64,000 nucleotides of DNA from Acidobacteriota bacterium (GTDB taxonomy: Bacteria > Acidobacteriota > UBA890 > WLXD01), in NCBI GenBank assembly GCA_965205505.1, contig CBDBHB010000009.1:1888001-1952000 (forward strand), written 5' to 3'. The translations under genes were made by a program, and so were the position numbers. The notes under the pieces are model-generated. The model ran no database searches, was not told the DNA's origin, and saw nothing but the letters and a program-made list of their open reading frames with translations. Positions 39,456 to 49,182 of this stretch are shown here, piece after piece (within the stretch, counting starts at the first letter, position 1; every line of letters begins with the position of its first letter).

Positions 39456-39630
39456 CTAGTGTCCTGTAACAGAGGTTCGTCCCAGCCCTCCGGGGGCCGC
39501 GGGACTGGCCACCTCCGGCGTCGGCTCTCCTCTGCGATGCGCTCAGCATCGCCGTCGTCGAGCCTCCTTGGATTCGACTCAGTCGCGCACGCCACAATAT
39601 GCAACGAACCTCTGGTACAGGACACTCTAG
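39456..39630. mobile_element. Type D element, one-arm form (175 bp)
   Basis: CTAGTGTCCTGTAACAGAGGTTCGT...ACGAACCTCTGGTACAGGACACTCTAG; near-identical to the right half of 42306-42584. Confidence 0.88.
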
Positions 39631-39702
39631 ATTGGGCAGGTTTGGCCTCGCGCGAGCAATTCGCAGTCTCGCGGGGCTCCACGATCGACGATCGACGAGT
39701 CT

Positions 39703-42309
39703 GTGCGTGTAGCCCGGGAAGCGCTGGTGAAACTCGGTCCGACCCTTTATCGAGTGTTGACCCTCGTCACCGTCTCGCTGGCGCTCGCCAGCTCGGCCAT
39801 GGCTGCCGGGCAGGACCGCCGGGAACAAGAACGGCGTCGACGACAGATTCCGGTGCGCCTAGTTCGCCCCGGCGAGTCTGGAAGCGCGGTGCGTCTGGGC
39901 CCGCGGCGCAGCATTCCGGTACGCATGGTTCAACCCGGCGAGACGGGGCGAGTGCGGTTGCCGCCCGCAGCGCCCGTGCCGCTAGCGAATGCTCCGATTG
40001 CAAGCCCCGGACCCATTGCCGCAGGCGTGCTCCAGCCTGCTGTCGCTAACGGACCCCTTCCGGTGAGCGCAGATCGTGCGTCGCTAGCGGAGAGCGGAGC
40101 AGCGCCGCCCTCGTTGGTCGAAGACCTCGCGGATTTGATGGCGTCAGGCGGGGATACCGGTGCTGTCGCAGGAGTGCCCTTCGATCCGCCTATCGATGGC
40201 AAACGCGCCGCGGCGACATGGACGGACACGCCCCCCGTTCTCGATGGCCGGATCGACGACGCAGCGTGGCTGTTGGCCGACGTCGTCAGCGATTTCGTCC
40301 AGAAGGAGCCCGTCGCCGGATCGACGCCGACAAAGCGTACCGAAGCGCGCGTCTTGTACGACGAGGACACGCTCTACATTGGCTGGATCAACCACGACGA
40401 TGAGCCCGACAAGATCGTCGCCACGGAGATGCGGCGCGACAGATACCCTGCGGCGGACGATTGGGCGGTGGTCTACTTGGACACGTTTCACGACCATCGC
40501 AACGCCTTCGGCTTCGTAGTCAACGCGCTCGGCACCAAGTTCGACTTCACGCTGCGTGACGAGAGCCAGTTCAACATGAACTGGGACGAGAACTGGGAAG
40601 CCGCGGCGAGCATCACCGAACGCGGCTGGGAAGCCGAGCTCGCCATCCCGTTCTCGGCCCTCCGGTATGCCACCGGAAGCAACATCTGGGGCATCGAGTT
40701 CGAGCGCGAGGTCATACGCACCAAGGAGCGCATGACCTGGAACAACACGAGCCGCGACTACGACTGGCGCGCCGTCTCGCAATACGGCAATCTCGTCGGG
40801 CTGCAGAACCTGGCGCTCACCGATCGGTTCCGCCTCAAGCCCTTCGTGACCGGCGGCTACGACTCCTTCCAGCAGCGTGACGATCCGCTGTCTGATGGCA
40901 GGGGCGAAATCGGCATCGAGGTCTTCAAGGTACAGCTGACCCCCAGCCTCACCGCCAACCTGACGGTGAACACCGACTTCGCCGAGGTCGAGGCCGACAC
41001 CCAGCAGGTGAACCTGACCCGTTTCTCGCTGTTCTTTCCCGAGCAGCGCGAGTTCTTTCTCGAGGCCGCCAACAGCTTCACCTTCGGCACTCTGCCACGG
41101 CGCAGCTCGGGCGACAGCGAGGGAGGTGGCTTCCAGCGACAGCCGCCGCTGGCACTGCTGTTCTTCTCACGTCGTATCGGTCTGGGGCCAGAGGGGCAGC
41201 CGGCCCCCATTCGCTTCGGGGGCAAGCTGACGGGAAAGCTCGGCAGCGGCAACGTCGGCTTCGTGAACGTGCAGACAGGCGACTCGCAGTTCGGTGTCGG
41301 TCAGAACTTCGCGGCCTTTCGCTGGAAACAGGATGTCTTTGAGCGATCGAGCGTCGGCGCGCTGGTCACCAACGTTCAGGGGCCCGATGGCCAATACAAT
41401 CGCGTTTTCGGGGTCGACGCCGATTTCATATTTTTCGACCACCTGTTTCTGTCGGGGTTCGTGGCCGGTGGCCAGGACAACGACCTCGACGGCACTTCCT
41501 GGGTTGGTCAGCTCAGCGCCGGGTGGGATACCGAATCGTGGGGGCTAGGCGGCGATGTCACATACGTGGCCGACGACTTCGACAGCGACCTCGGCTTCGT
41601 TCTCCGGCGCGACATCGTGCGCTACAGCTACCAGGGACGCTGGTCGACGCGCCCGAGCTGGCCGCTGTTGCGGCGCGTGTCGCTGAGCCCCTCGTTGGAA
41701 CGCATCACCGACACCAGCGGGCGACTGGTTTCGCGGCTTGGCAGCCTGAGCACGCGGCTGGATCTGGAGTCTGGTGACATCATCCGTTTTCGCGTCAACC
41801 GCAACTACGAGCTGTTGGATGTCGCGTTCCCCATCGACGACGACGTCTCCATCCCGATCGGCGACTACTCCTGGACCGACGGCGAGGTCACTCTGCGCTC
41901 CGCGGCCCGCCGGGCGCTGAGCGGCAACCTGACCCTCAGCCTGGGCGAGTTCTACGACGGCACACGCTTCGGGGTTGGCGGCGGGCCGCGGTTCCGATTC
42001 AGCGATCGCTTCGCGCTGAACCCCGAGTACAGCTTCAACCGTATCCAACTGCCCGGTGGGAGCTTCGACACCCACCTCGTGCGGCTACGCGCCAACCTGT
42101 CGTTCTCGGAGCGAGTGCTGCTTGACTCGCTGCTGCAGCACAGCAGCGTAACCGATCAGCTCTCGGCGTTCGTGCGGTTGCGCTACATCTACCGTACCGG
42201 CGACGACTTCTACCTGGTGTACCGCCAGTCGACCGCGTTCAGCGGCTTGTTCGACCGCTTGGACGACGGCTCGCTCACCGCCAAGATGACGTTCACGTTG
42301 CAGCGTTAG
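39703..42309 (+). CDS. CBM9-like/DUF5916 putative outer-membrane protein, copy 1
   Basis: PVLDGRIDD..W, LDTFHDHRNAF, NTDFAEVEAD.QQVNLTRFSLFFPEQREFFLE, FFSRRIGL. Confidence 0.85.
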   Translation: MRVAREALVKLGPTLYRVLTLVTVSLALASSAMAAGQDRREQERRRRQIPVRLVRPGESGSAVRLGPRRSIPVRMVQPGETGRVRLPPAAPVPLANAPIASPGPIAAGVLQPAVANGPLPVSADRASLAESGAAPPSLVEDLADLMASGGDTGAVAGVPFDPPIDGKRAAATWTDTPPVLDGRIDDAAWLLADVVSDFVQKEPVAGSTPTKRTEARVLYDEDTLYIGWINHDDEPDKIVATEMRRDRYPAADDWAVVYLDTFHDHRNAFGFVVNALGTKFDFTLRDESQFNMNWDENWEAAASITERGWEAELAIPFSALRYATGSNIWGIEFEREVIRTKERMTWNNTSRDYDWRAVSQYGNLVGLQNLALTDRFRLKPFVTGGYDSFQQRDDPLSDGRGEIGIEVFKVQLTPSLTANLTVNTDFAEVEADTQQVNLTRFSLFFPEQREFFLEAANSFTFGTLPRRSSGDSEGGGFQRQPPLALLFFSRRIGLGPEGQPAPIRFGGKLTGKLGSGNVGFVNVQTGDSQFGVGQNFAAFRWKQDVFERSSVGALVTNVQGPDGQYNRVFGVDADFIFFDHLFLSGFVAGGQDNDLDGTSWVGQLSAGWDTESWGLGGDVTYVADDFDSDLGFVLRRDIVRYSYQGRWSTRPSWPLLRRVSLSPSLERITDTSGRLVSRLGSLSTRLDLESGDIIRFRVNRNYELLDVAFPIDDDVSIPIGDYSWTDGEVTLRSAARRALSGNLTLSLGEFYDGTRFGVGGGPRFRFSDRFALNPEYSFNRIQLPGGSFDTHLVRLRANLSFSERVLLDSLLQHSSVTDQLSAFVRLRYIYRTGDDFYLVYRQSTAFSGLFDRLDDGSLTAKMTFTLQR

Positions 42310-42584
42310 TGTCCTGTAGCAGAGGTTCGTTGCATATTGCTGGATCGAGATGGGGGCAAGCTCAAGGCGCGATGAGGATGGCGATGCGGCGGCCATCGTC
42401 GACGAATCGCAACGCTGAGATTGCCCCCATATCGACCCAGCCCTCCGGGTGGCCGCGGGACTGGCCACCTCCGGCGTCGGCCCTCCTCTGCGATACGCTC
42501 AGCATCGCCGTCGTCGAGCCTCCTTGGATTCGACTCAGTCGCGCGCGCCACAATATGCAACGAACCTCTGCTACAGGACACTAG
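42306..42584. mobile_element. MITE-like element type D (279 bp)
   Basis: TIR TAGTGTCCTGTAGCAGAGGTTCGTTGCATATTG / CAATATGCAACGAACCTCTGCTACAGGACACTA; sits on the DUF5916 TAG. Confidence 0.9.
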
Positions 42585-42608
42585 GAGCCCTGGTGGTGGT
42601 GTGGCGTG

Positions 42609-43511
42609 CTAGCCGTGTTCCGGCCCGGCGCGTGCCGCCAGCAGCATCGAGATGGCGGCGTACGTCACCACTACCACCACCAGCCAACGGATGGCGGTGA
42701 GTGGCAGCGAGCCGACGATGAAGGCGGCGACCAGGACCGCGGGGATGCCGCCGAACAGCAGGCCTAACGACGGGCGCAGCGCGTAGCTGTTCTTGCGTAC
42801 GAAGCGCATACCCGCCACCGGCATGAGGAAGGCGCATGAGCCCATCATGATGGGGAAGGCAGCCCGCGGATCCATTCCCATGAGGCTGACCATGATCATG
42901 CACGGGGCGTACATGCCGATTCCCAGTGTCATGAGGGCGCCGAGGATCAGGTTGCCGAGGATTGCCGCCACCAGCAACGGGCCGTTCAGAGCCAAGGCCT
43001 CGCCACCGGCGGGAAACAACCCGAACTGCGTCATGACCATCAGGCCCGCTGCCACCAGAAGGGCGACTCCCATGCCCAACTGAATGCTGCGCCGTGGTAG
43101 CTCAGCGACCACGCCGGCGCCGAGCCAGGCACCGACAACGGCGGCGGTGATTAGTAGCGCTAGCGTCCACACGTCGACCTCGATAATCGCCATGAAGATG
43201 GACGCCTGCACGACGATGGCGAGGCCGCCGCCGACGTTGAGCGTGCCGGGAATGATCCGATCGGGGACCATCTTGAAGAACTTGTAGGCGGCGGTCGTCG
43301 GCGCGAACGAGCCGATGCCGAGGGTGTCGAAGAAGTTGACAATCGCGCCGATGGTGATCTCCTTGAGGTCGGGCCATTCCCATCGAGCTGCCGGGTGGGA
43401 GGCCGGCAAGTCGCGGCGAGCGTTCCGTGCTGCGGCGACCCAGACGGCGAGGAAGGCTGTTGCGACGAGGCCGAGAGCGATGAAGATCGCCAGCTTGGCG
43501 GGCGAGATCAT
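42609..43511 (-). CDS. TauE/SafE (sulfite exporter family) membrane protein
   Basis: NFFDTLGIGSFA, IPGTLNVG, GIGMYAPC, AFPIMMGSCAFLMP; multiple TM segments. Confidence 0.8.
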   Translation of the reverse strand: MISPAKLAIFIALGLVATAFLAVWVAAARNARRDLPASHPAARWEWPDLKEITIGAIVNFFDTLGIGSFAPTTAAYKFFKMVPDRIIPGTLNVGGGLAIVVQASIFMAIIEVDVWTLALLITAAVVGAWLGAGVVAELPRRSIQLGMGVALLVAAGLMVMTQFGLFPAGGEALALNGPLLVAAILGNLILGALMTLGIGMYAPCMIMVSLMGMDPRAAFPIMMGSCAFLMPVAGMRFVRKNSYALRPSLGLLFGGIPAVLVAAFIVGSLPLTAIRWLVVVVVTYAAISMLLAARAGPEHG

Positions 43512-43557
43512 CGCCTCACCGCTGGTAGTTGGTCCGGAATCGCCAACCCGCCGCTCG

Positions 43558-44721
43558 TCAGGCCAGGCTGGCGAGTCGCTGACAGGCTTCCGTCAGCACC
43601 TCGTCGTCCTTGGCGAAACAGAAGCGCAAGTATTTTTTGGCGTCAGTTCCCTGGAAGAACGCCTCGCCGGGAACGGCCGCGATCCCGGTGGTATTCAGCA
43701 GGTGCATGGCGCGCGCCTTGCCGTCCTCGCCCGGCAGGTGAGAGGCGTCGGCGAGTACGTAGTAGGCGCCGGCGGGAACACACGGAGTGAGCCCTGCGCT
43801 GTCGAGCGCGTCGCAGAACAGATCCCGCTTGGCCTCATACTCATCCGCTAGGTCGGCGAAGAAGGTGTCGTCCAGCGTGTTGACGCCGGCGGCGACGCCG
43901 TACTGCAGCGGCGCCGGCGCGCATACGTAGACGAGATCGTTCATGTACCCGATGATCTTGGACCATCGCGCCTCGCTGGCCGTATAGCCGATGCGCCAGC
44001 CGGTGATGCTGAAGGTCTTCGAGTAACCCGAGATGGTGATCGTCCGATCGCCGATCTGCGGCAGCGATCCGGGGCTGATGTGCTCGGCACCGCCGTAGAG
44101 GAAGTATTCGTAGATCTCGTCGGTGACCACCAGGAGGTCGTTGCGCACCGCAAGCTCGGCGATCCACTCGAGCTCCTCGCGTGTGAACACCTTTCCGGAC
44201 GGGTTGCCGGGCGTGTTGACCAAGATCATCTTCGTGCGCGGCGAGACAGCCGCTTCCAAGGCAGCCGGATCGAAGCTCCAATCCGGAGGCTGGAGCTTGA
44301 CCGTAACTGGAACCGCCTCAACCGAGCCCAGCGTGTTGACGTGGTAGCCGTAGTAGGGCTCGAAGAGAATGACCTCGTCGCCCGGATCGAGGAACGACAG
44401 GCACACGGCATAGAAGGCCCCGGTCGAGCCGGCCGAGACCACCACGTCGGTTTCGGGGTCGACCTCGATGCCGTTGTAGGCCTCTAGCTTTCGCGCCACT
44501 GCTTGTCGCAACACCTCGAGACCGTCGTAGCGGGTGTAGGTATTGATTCCCTGCTCGAGCGCTTCGCGGACGCCCTGGACTACCGGCTCGGGGGTCGGCG
44601 TGTCGCAGGTACCCTGCGCCAGGTTGATGCCGTCGACGCGCTCGCACTCGATAAACATGGCGCGGATCTCGGCCTGGGTAATAGAGTCCGCGCGTCGGCT
44701 CGGCGAAATTCCCGAAGTCAC
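43558..44721 (-). CDS. Class I/II PLP-dependent aminotransferase (start uncertain)
   Basis: INLAQG, NTPGNPSGKVF, TDEIYE, SKTFSITGWRIGY, LRFCFAK. Confidence 0.92.
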   Translation of the reverse strand: MTSGISPSRRADSITQAEIRAMFIECERVDGINLAQGTCDTPTPEPVVQGVREALEQGINTYTRYDGLEVLRQAVARKLEAYNGIEVDPETDVVVSAGSTGAFYAVCLSFLDPGDEVILFEPYYGYHVNTLGSVEAVPVTVKLQPPDWSFDPAALEAAVSPRTKMILVNTPGNPSGKVFTREELEWIAELAVRNDLLVVTDEIYEYFLYGGAEHISPGSLPQIGDRTITISGYSKTFSITGWRIGYTASEARWSKIIGYMNDLVYVCAPAPLQYGVAAGVNTLDDTFFADLADEYEAKRDLFCDALDSAGLTPCVPAGAYYVLADASHLPGEDGKARAMHLLNTTGIAAVPGEAFFQGTDAKKYLRFCFAKDDEVLTEACQRLASLA

Positions 44722-44728
44722 AGCGATC

Positions 44729-45019
44729 TCACTGCCCAAAGGGCGGATCCGGTATGAGCTCAGGTCCACGGCGCTCGATCGTAAGGTTGGCCCCGGCGGG
44801 CACGTTCTTGACCGTCTTCATCGCGTTGCCGAACTGCGTCGGGCCGCAGAATGGATCGGCTAAGTTGCCGGGATTCGGGCAGTTGATCGGACCGACCCGG
44901 AGCTCATCGCCATTGGCGCGCGCCGCCGCCGACTCGTCGGCGAAGAAGTTCTGCGCCAGCACCTCACCGTCCCCGAGCACCAGCAGGTCGCCGCCGGCCC
45001 AGATCGAATAGGTGGTCAT
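44729..45019 (-). pseudogene. Probable 3' fragment of a degraded hypothetical gene
   Basis: Coding-like codon usage; the upstream part (to ~45170) appears to be in another frame. Confidence 0.35.
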
Positions 45020-45454
45020 TTCGTCGAACCCCGATTGCCGTTCGCGGCATGTGTGAAGGTGAGCATGGGAAGTGCCGAGCCGAAGCCCGGGAAGAACTCT
45101 GCGTGGTGGGCCCTTACCCTGATGATCTCATCCGTGGAGGGCGGTTCGAAGTTGGAGACATGGAACATTCGACGCATCGCCCTTGATGGTGGGGCGGCGC
45201 GTCGAGCTTTCTATCACGCCGGCCGCGTCGGCCACCAGAGCCTGTGCGGCGTGCCCGCTGCAACGGAGTTTAACGGGGGTCCCGCCGTCCGGCCTCCAGC
45301 ACATGCAATCCTCGCGGCATGTGCGAAGGGACGAACTGACGGGCCGACATTTGGCACGGTTGAGGCGCCCCAAGCAGGAGACTACGACCAGCGCGGCAAT
45401 TGCGCCGTGGGCACGGGCATTGCGCCGTTTCCACGAGAGACGGGGGAGCTTCGA

Positions 45455-45706
45455 ATGACCGACCTCGAGCGTCGGCTAGCCGGGCTCATCGTGGCTCTGT
45501 GGTTGCACGACACCACGCTCGGACGATCGTCGTTTCTGGTGTTCGCGGTATCGGGCCTGAAGGTGTTGCTTTATGATCTTGCCGGCGCCGCACCGCTGGT
45601 GCGTATCGGTAGCCTGGTGGCGCTGGGCGTGAGCCTGTTCGTTGGCGGCTGGCTCTATCAAGAGCTCAGCACTTCCGCCCCGCGCCAGCAGCAAGACGAG
45701 AGCTGA
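45455..45706 (+). pseudogene. Internally deleted DUF2339-like membrane protein
   Basis: GGGGGAG RBS, MTDLERRLA joined to the C-terminal KVLLYDL...RIGSLVALG...WLYQ motif. Confidence 0.55.
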
Positions 45707-45717
45707 TCTTCGCTCAA

Positions 45718-47955
45718 ATGCCCGACGGCGGTGCCATATTCAACAGACACCCGGCTCGCACACGCGGCTGGTGGTTGCTCGCCAGCGCCGGTCTACTCGG
45801 CGCGCTGCTGGCCGCGCCAACCGTCGGGGCACAGACCGGGCCCGAGGAAACCAAGCTCACGACGGCGACCTTCACGAGCACCCCGCCGGTGATCGACGGC
45901 CGAGTTGACGACGTCGCTTGGGAAGCGGCCGAGGTGATCACCGACTTCGCGCAGAAGGATCCCGTCGCGGGGGCGCCACCGTCGCAGCGCACCGAGGTGC
46001 GGATCCTCTACGACCAGGACAACCTCTATTTTGGCTGGACGCTGTTCGACGACAACCCGGAAGCGATCGTGGCGACGTCGCTCGAGCGCGATGCGTTCAA
46101 GGTCGACGACGACCACATCACGATGGTGCTCGATACGTTCCACGACCACCGCAACGCCTTCATGTTCGCCGCCAACCCGTTGGGCACGAAGTTCGACTGG
46201 GTGATCACCGACGAAAGCCAGGTGAATGGAAACTGGGACGAGGCCTGGGAGATAGCCACCGCGTTCACCGATGAGGGCTGGGAGGCCGAGGTGGTGATTC
46301 CGTTCGCCATCCTCAGGTATCCGCCGGGCACACACGTCTGGGGCCTGGAGCTCGACCGCGGCATCGGCCGCCACCGCGAGGAGATCAACTGGAACAACCT
46401 TGGCCGCGATTACGATTGGCGCGCCATCTCACAGTCGGGGCACTTGGCGGGATTGGAGAACCTGAAGCTCACCGAGCGGTTTCGTCTCAAGCCGTTCGCC
46501 ACCGCAGGATACGACTCGCTGAAGCAGCGCGACGATCCGGTGTCTGAGAGGACCGGCGAGTTCGGCCTCGAGGTCTTCAAGATCCAGCTGACCCCCAACC
46601 TCACCGCCAACCTTACCGCCAACACTGATTTCGCCCAGGTCGAGGTCGACGACCAGCGCGTCAACCTCACCCGGTTTTCGTTGTTCTTTCCCGAGAAGCG
46701 CGAGTTCTTCCTCGAGGCCAATGACAGCTTCACCTTCGGCACCCTGTCGCGCCGTGGCCAGGGTGGAGGCGGCGGCTTCGGCCGGCAGCCGCCGCTGGCG
46801 CTGTTGTTCTTCTCACGGCGGATCGGCCTGGGGCCGGACGGCGAGCCTGTCCCCATCCGCTTCGGCGGCAAGCTGACCGGCAAGGTCGGCAGCGGGACCC
46901 TCGGCATGCTCAACGTGCAGACCGACGATTCGCAGTTTGGCGCCGGCCAGAACTACACTGCGGTGCGTTGGAAGCAGGACGTGCTGGGTCGCTCCAGCAT
47001 CGGGGCGCTGTTCACCAACGTGCAAGGCGCCGATGGCGAGTTCAACCGCGTGTTCGGCGCCGATGTCGACTTCACGTTCTTTGACCACCTGTTCGTATCC
47101 GGCTTTGTTGCCGGGATGAGCGACAGCGACGTCGAGGGCGCGCCGTGGGCCGGCCAGTTCAGCGTTGGTTGGGATACCGACAAGTGGGGTGCTTCGGGCG
47201 ACGTAACCTACATCGAAGAGGACTTCGACAGCGACCTCGGCTTCATTCTGCGGCGCGACATCATTCGCCAGAACTATCAAGCGCGATGGTCTTCCCGGCC
47301 TGGGTGGGCAGTCCTGAGGCGGACTTCGTTGACGGGATCGCTCGAGCACATCACCGATGTCTCCGGGCGCCTCGTCTCTCGCCGCGCTGCCGCCGACGCG
47401 AGCTTGGAGCTCGACTCGGGTGACCGGCTCACGTTCAGCGTGCACCGAAATTTCGAGCGCCTGGACTTCGATTTCCAGATCGACGAAAGCGTGACCATCC
47501 CGATAGGTAGTTACTCCTGGACCGACGGCCGGATCACCTTGCGTACGACCAATCGCCGCTGGCTCAGCGGCAACGTGAGTGTTGACCTCGGAGACTTCTA
47601 CGATGGCACACGGGTCGGGATCGGCGGCGGTCCCTCGATCCGGTTCAGCGAGCGCTTCGGCCTGCAGCCCGAGTACCGCTACAACCGAGTGCGGCTACCC
47701 GGTGGCGAGTTCGAGACCCAGCTGGCCCGAGTGCGCGCCAATCTGCACTTCTCGGATCGAGTGCTGATCGACTCGATCGCACAGTACAGCAGCGTGAGCG
47801 ATCAGCTGTCGCTGTTCGCGCGGCTGCGCTTTATCTACCGCCCCGGCGATGATTTCTATCTTGTCTATCGGCAGACGACCGCTTCCGGGGGTATGTTCGA
47901 TGGTCTCGACGATCGGTCGCTGACCGCCAAGATGACCTACGCATTCGATTGGTAG
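45718..47955 (+). CDS. CBM9-like/DUF5916 putative outer-membrane protein, copy 2
   Basis: Colinear paralog of 39703-42309; ends YAFDW (beta-barrel-type C-terminus). Confidence 0.87.
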   Translation: MPDGGAIFNRHPARTRGWWLLASAGLLGALLAAPTVGAQTGPEETKLTTATFTSTPPVIDGRVDDVAWEAAEVITDFAQKDPVAGAPPSQRTEVRILYDQDNLYFGWTLFDDNPEAIVATSLERDAFKVDDDHITMVLDTFHDHRNAFMFAANPLGTKFDWVITDESQVNGNWDEAWEIATAFTDEGWEAEVVIPFAILRYPPGTHVWGLELDRGIGRHREEINWNNLGRDYDWRAISQSGHLAGLENLKLTERFRLKPFATAGYDSLKQRDDPVSERTGEFGLEVFKIQLTPNLTANLTANTDFAQVEVDDQRVNLTRFSLFFPEKREFFLEANDSFTFGTLSRRGQGGGGGFGRQPPLALLFFSRRIGLGPDGEPVPIRFGGKLTGKVGSGTLGMLNVQTDDSQFGAGQNYTAVRWKQDVLGRSSIGALFTNVQGADGEFNRVFGADVDFTFFDHLFVSGFVAGMSDSDVEGAPWAGQFSVGWDTDKWGASGDVTYIEEDFDSDLGFILRRDIIRQNYQARWSSRPGWAVLRRTSLTGSLEHITDVSGRLVSRRAAADASLELDSGDRLTFSVHRNFERLDFDFQIDESVTIPIGSYSWTDGRITLRTTNRRWLSGNVSVDLGDFYDGTRVGIGGGPSIRFSERFGLQPEYRYNRVRLPGGEFETQLARVRANLHFSDRVLIDSIAQYSSVSDQLSLFARLRFIYRPGDDFYLVYRQTTASGGMFDGLDDRSLTAKMTYAFDW

Positions 47956-48009
47956 CGGTGTCCCTAGAACACGCGCCGCCGAGCTCGTTGCTGTCACTCG
48001 CGTAGCCTG

Positions 48010-49182
48010 TTAGTCGTCTTCGTACTCGTGCTCGCCTTCGATCAGGGCGCCTTCGGCGAAGCGTGCGGGCCGAAAGGCGCTGATGTCGACCGTCGAGGCT
48101 GCACCGTCGAGCAGCAGCTCCGACATCACCACGCCGATCGCCGGTGAGATCTTGAAGCCCATCCCGGAGAAGCCTGCGGCGACGTACAACCCGGAAACCT
48201 CTGGCACCTCGCCGAGAATCGGGCGAGTGTCGGGGCTCACGTCGTAGATTCCTGTAACCGCGCGCTGGATACCCGCGTCTACGAGCGCCGGGATCCGACC
48301 GGTGGCGCTCATCACCAGCTCGGCGAGATCTTCCTCGGGGGGGTTCTCCTGGAAGTCACTCGGGTCGACGTTGCGGTCCCCGTAGAAGTCGCCCACCAAG
48401 GTGAGATCGCCGGCGTCAGATCGGAAGTACGTCCTCGTGATGGAGTCGATGCAGGCGCAGCCCTCCGACTTCATGCCGGGCGGGTTCCGCAGGACGGCCA
48501 CCTGGTGGTATTCGGGTTCGATCGGCAGGTCCAGGCGCAGCGTGCTCAGCAACGGCCTAGTCCACGGACCGATCGCCGACACAATTACCGGGGCTTCGAT
48601 GGTCCCGTCGTCGGTCTCCACGGCGCGGATGCGGCCACCCTCAACACGGAGCGCCGTGGCGGTTGTGTGCGGTCGGTACTCGACGTCCATTTCCCGCGCG
48701 CGTGACAGGAAGTCGCCGGCGACGACGGCGCCGTCACCGTATCCGGAATCGGGCTCGTAGGCGGCCAGCGCAACATCCTCGACGTTCCAGTCGGGCTCGA
48801 TCTGGGAAAGCTCATCGGGTCCGATGAGCTCGACGTTAGCGCCGAGTCCGCGCTGCATATCGACCTGCGCCCGCAACCGCTCGACCTCCGCCTCGGGCAC
48901 CAGGCGTACGAAGCCGACGTTGCGGAAGTGTGTCGGGCGCTCGACGATGTCCTCCCAGTTCTTGAAGATCTCCAAGCTGCGCAGCGCCAGCTCGACCTCA
49001 GGCGGGAAGCTGTAGTGCATGCGGATGAGGGCCGATGATCGCCCGCTACCTCCGGCTGCCACCACATCTCGGTCGAGCAACACGACCCGCCCGGGAGCGC
49101 GGCGGGCGAGCTGGAAAGCGATCGACGTGCCGATCACCCCAGCGCCCAGGATGACGATGTCAGCATTAGTGTTGTTGCTCAT
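48010..49182 (-). CDS. DAO/sarcosine oxidase beta-like FAD oxidoreductase
   Basis: ILGAGVIG, SGRSSALIR, YDVSPD.RPILG, GFSGMGFKISP. Confidence 0.9.
   Translation of the reverse strand: MSNNTNADIVILGAGVIGTSIAFQLARRAPGRVVLLDRDVVAAGGSGRSSALIRMHYSFPPEVELALRSLEIFKNWEDIVERPTHFRNVGFVRLVPEAEVERLRAQVDMQRGLGANVELIGPDELSQIEPDWNVEDVALAAYEPDSGYGDGAVVAGDFLSRAREMDVEYRPHTTATALRVEGGRIRAVETDDGTIEAPVIVSAIGPWTRPLLSTLRLDLPIEPEYHQVAVLRNPPGMKSEGCACIDSITRTYFRSDAGDLTLVGDFYGDRNVDPSDFQENPPEEDLAELVMSATGRIPALVDAGIQRAVTGIYDVSPDTRPILGEVPEVSGLYVAAGFSGMGFKISPAIGVVMSELLLDGAASTVDISAFRPARFAEGALIEGEHEYEDD

Noticed and set aside
42306-42584. 91-aa ORFs on both strands of type D (and 19987-20262 in type C)
   Set aside because: By-product of palindromic GC-rich repeats. 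There is no RBS, and conservation follows base pairing rather than codons.
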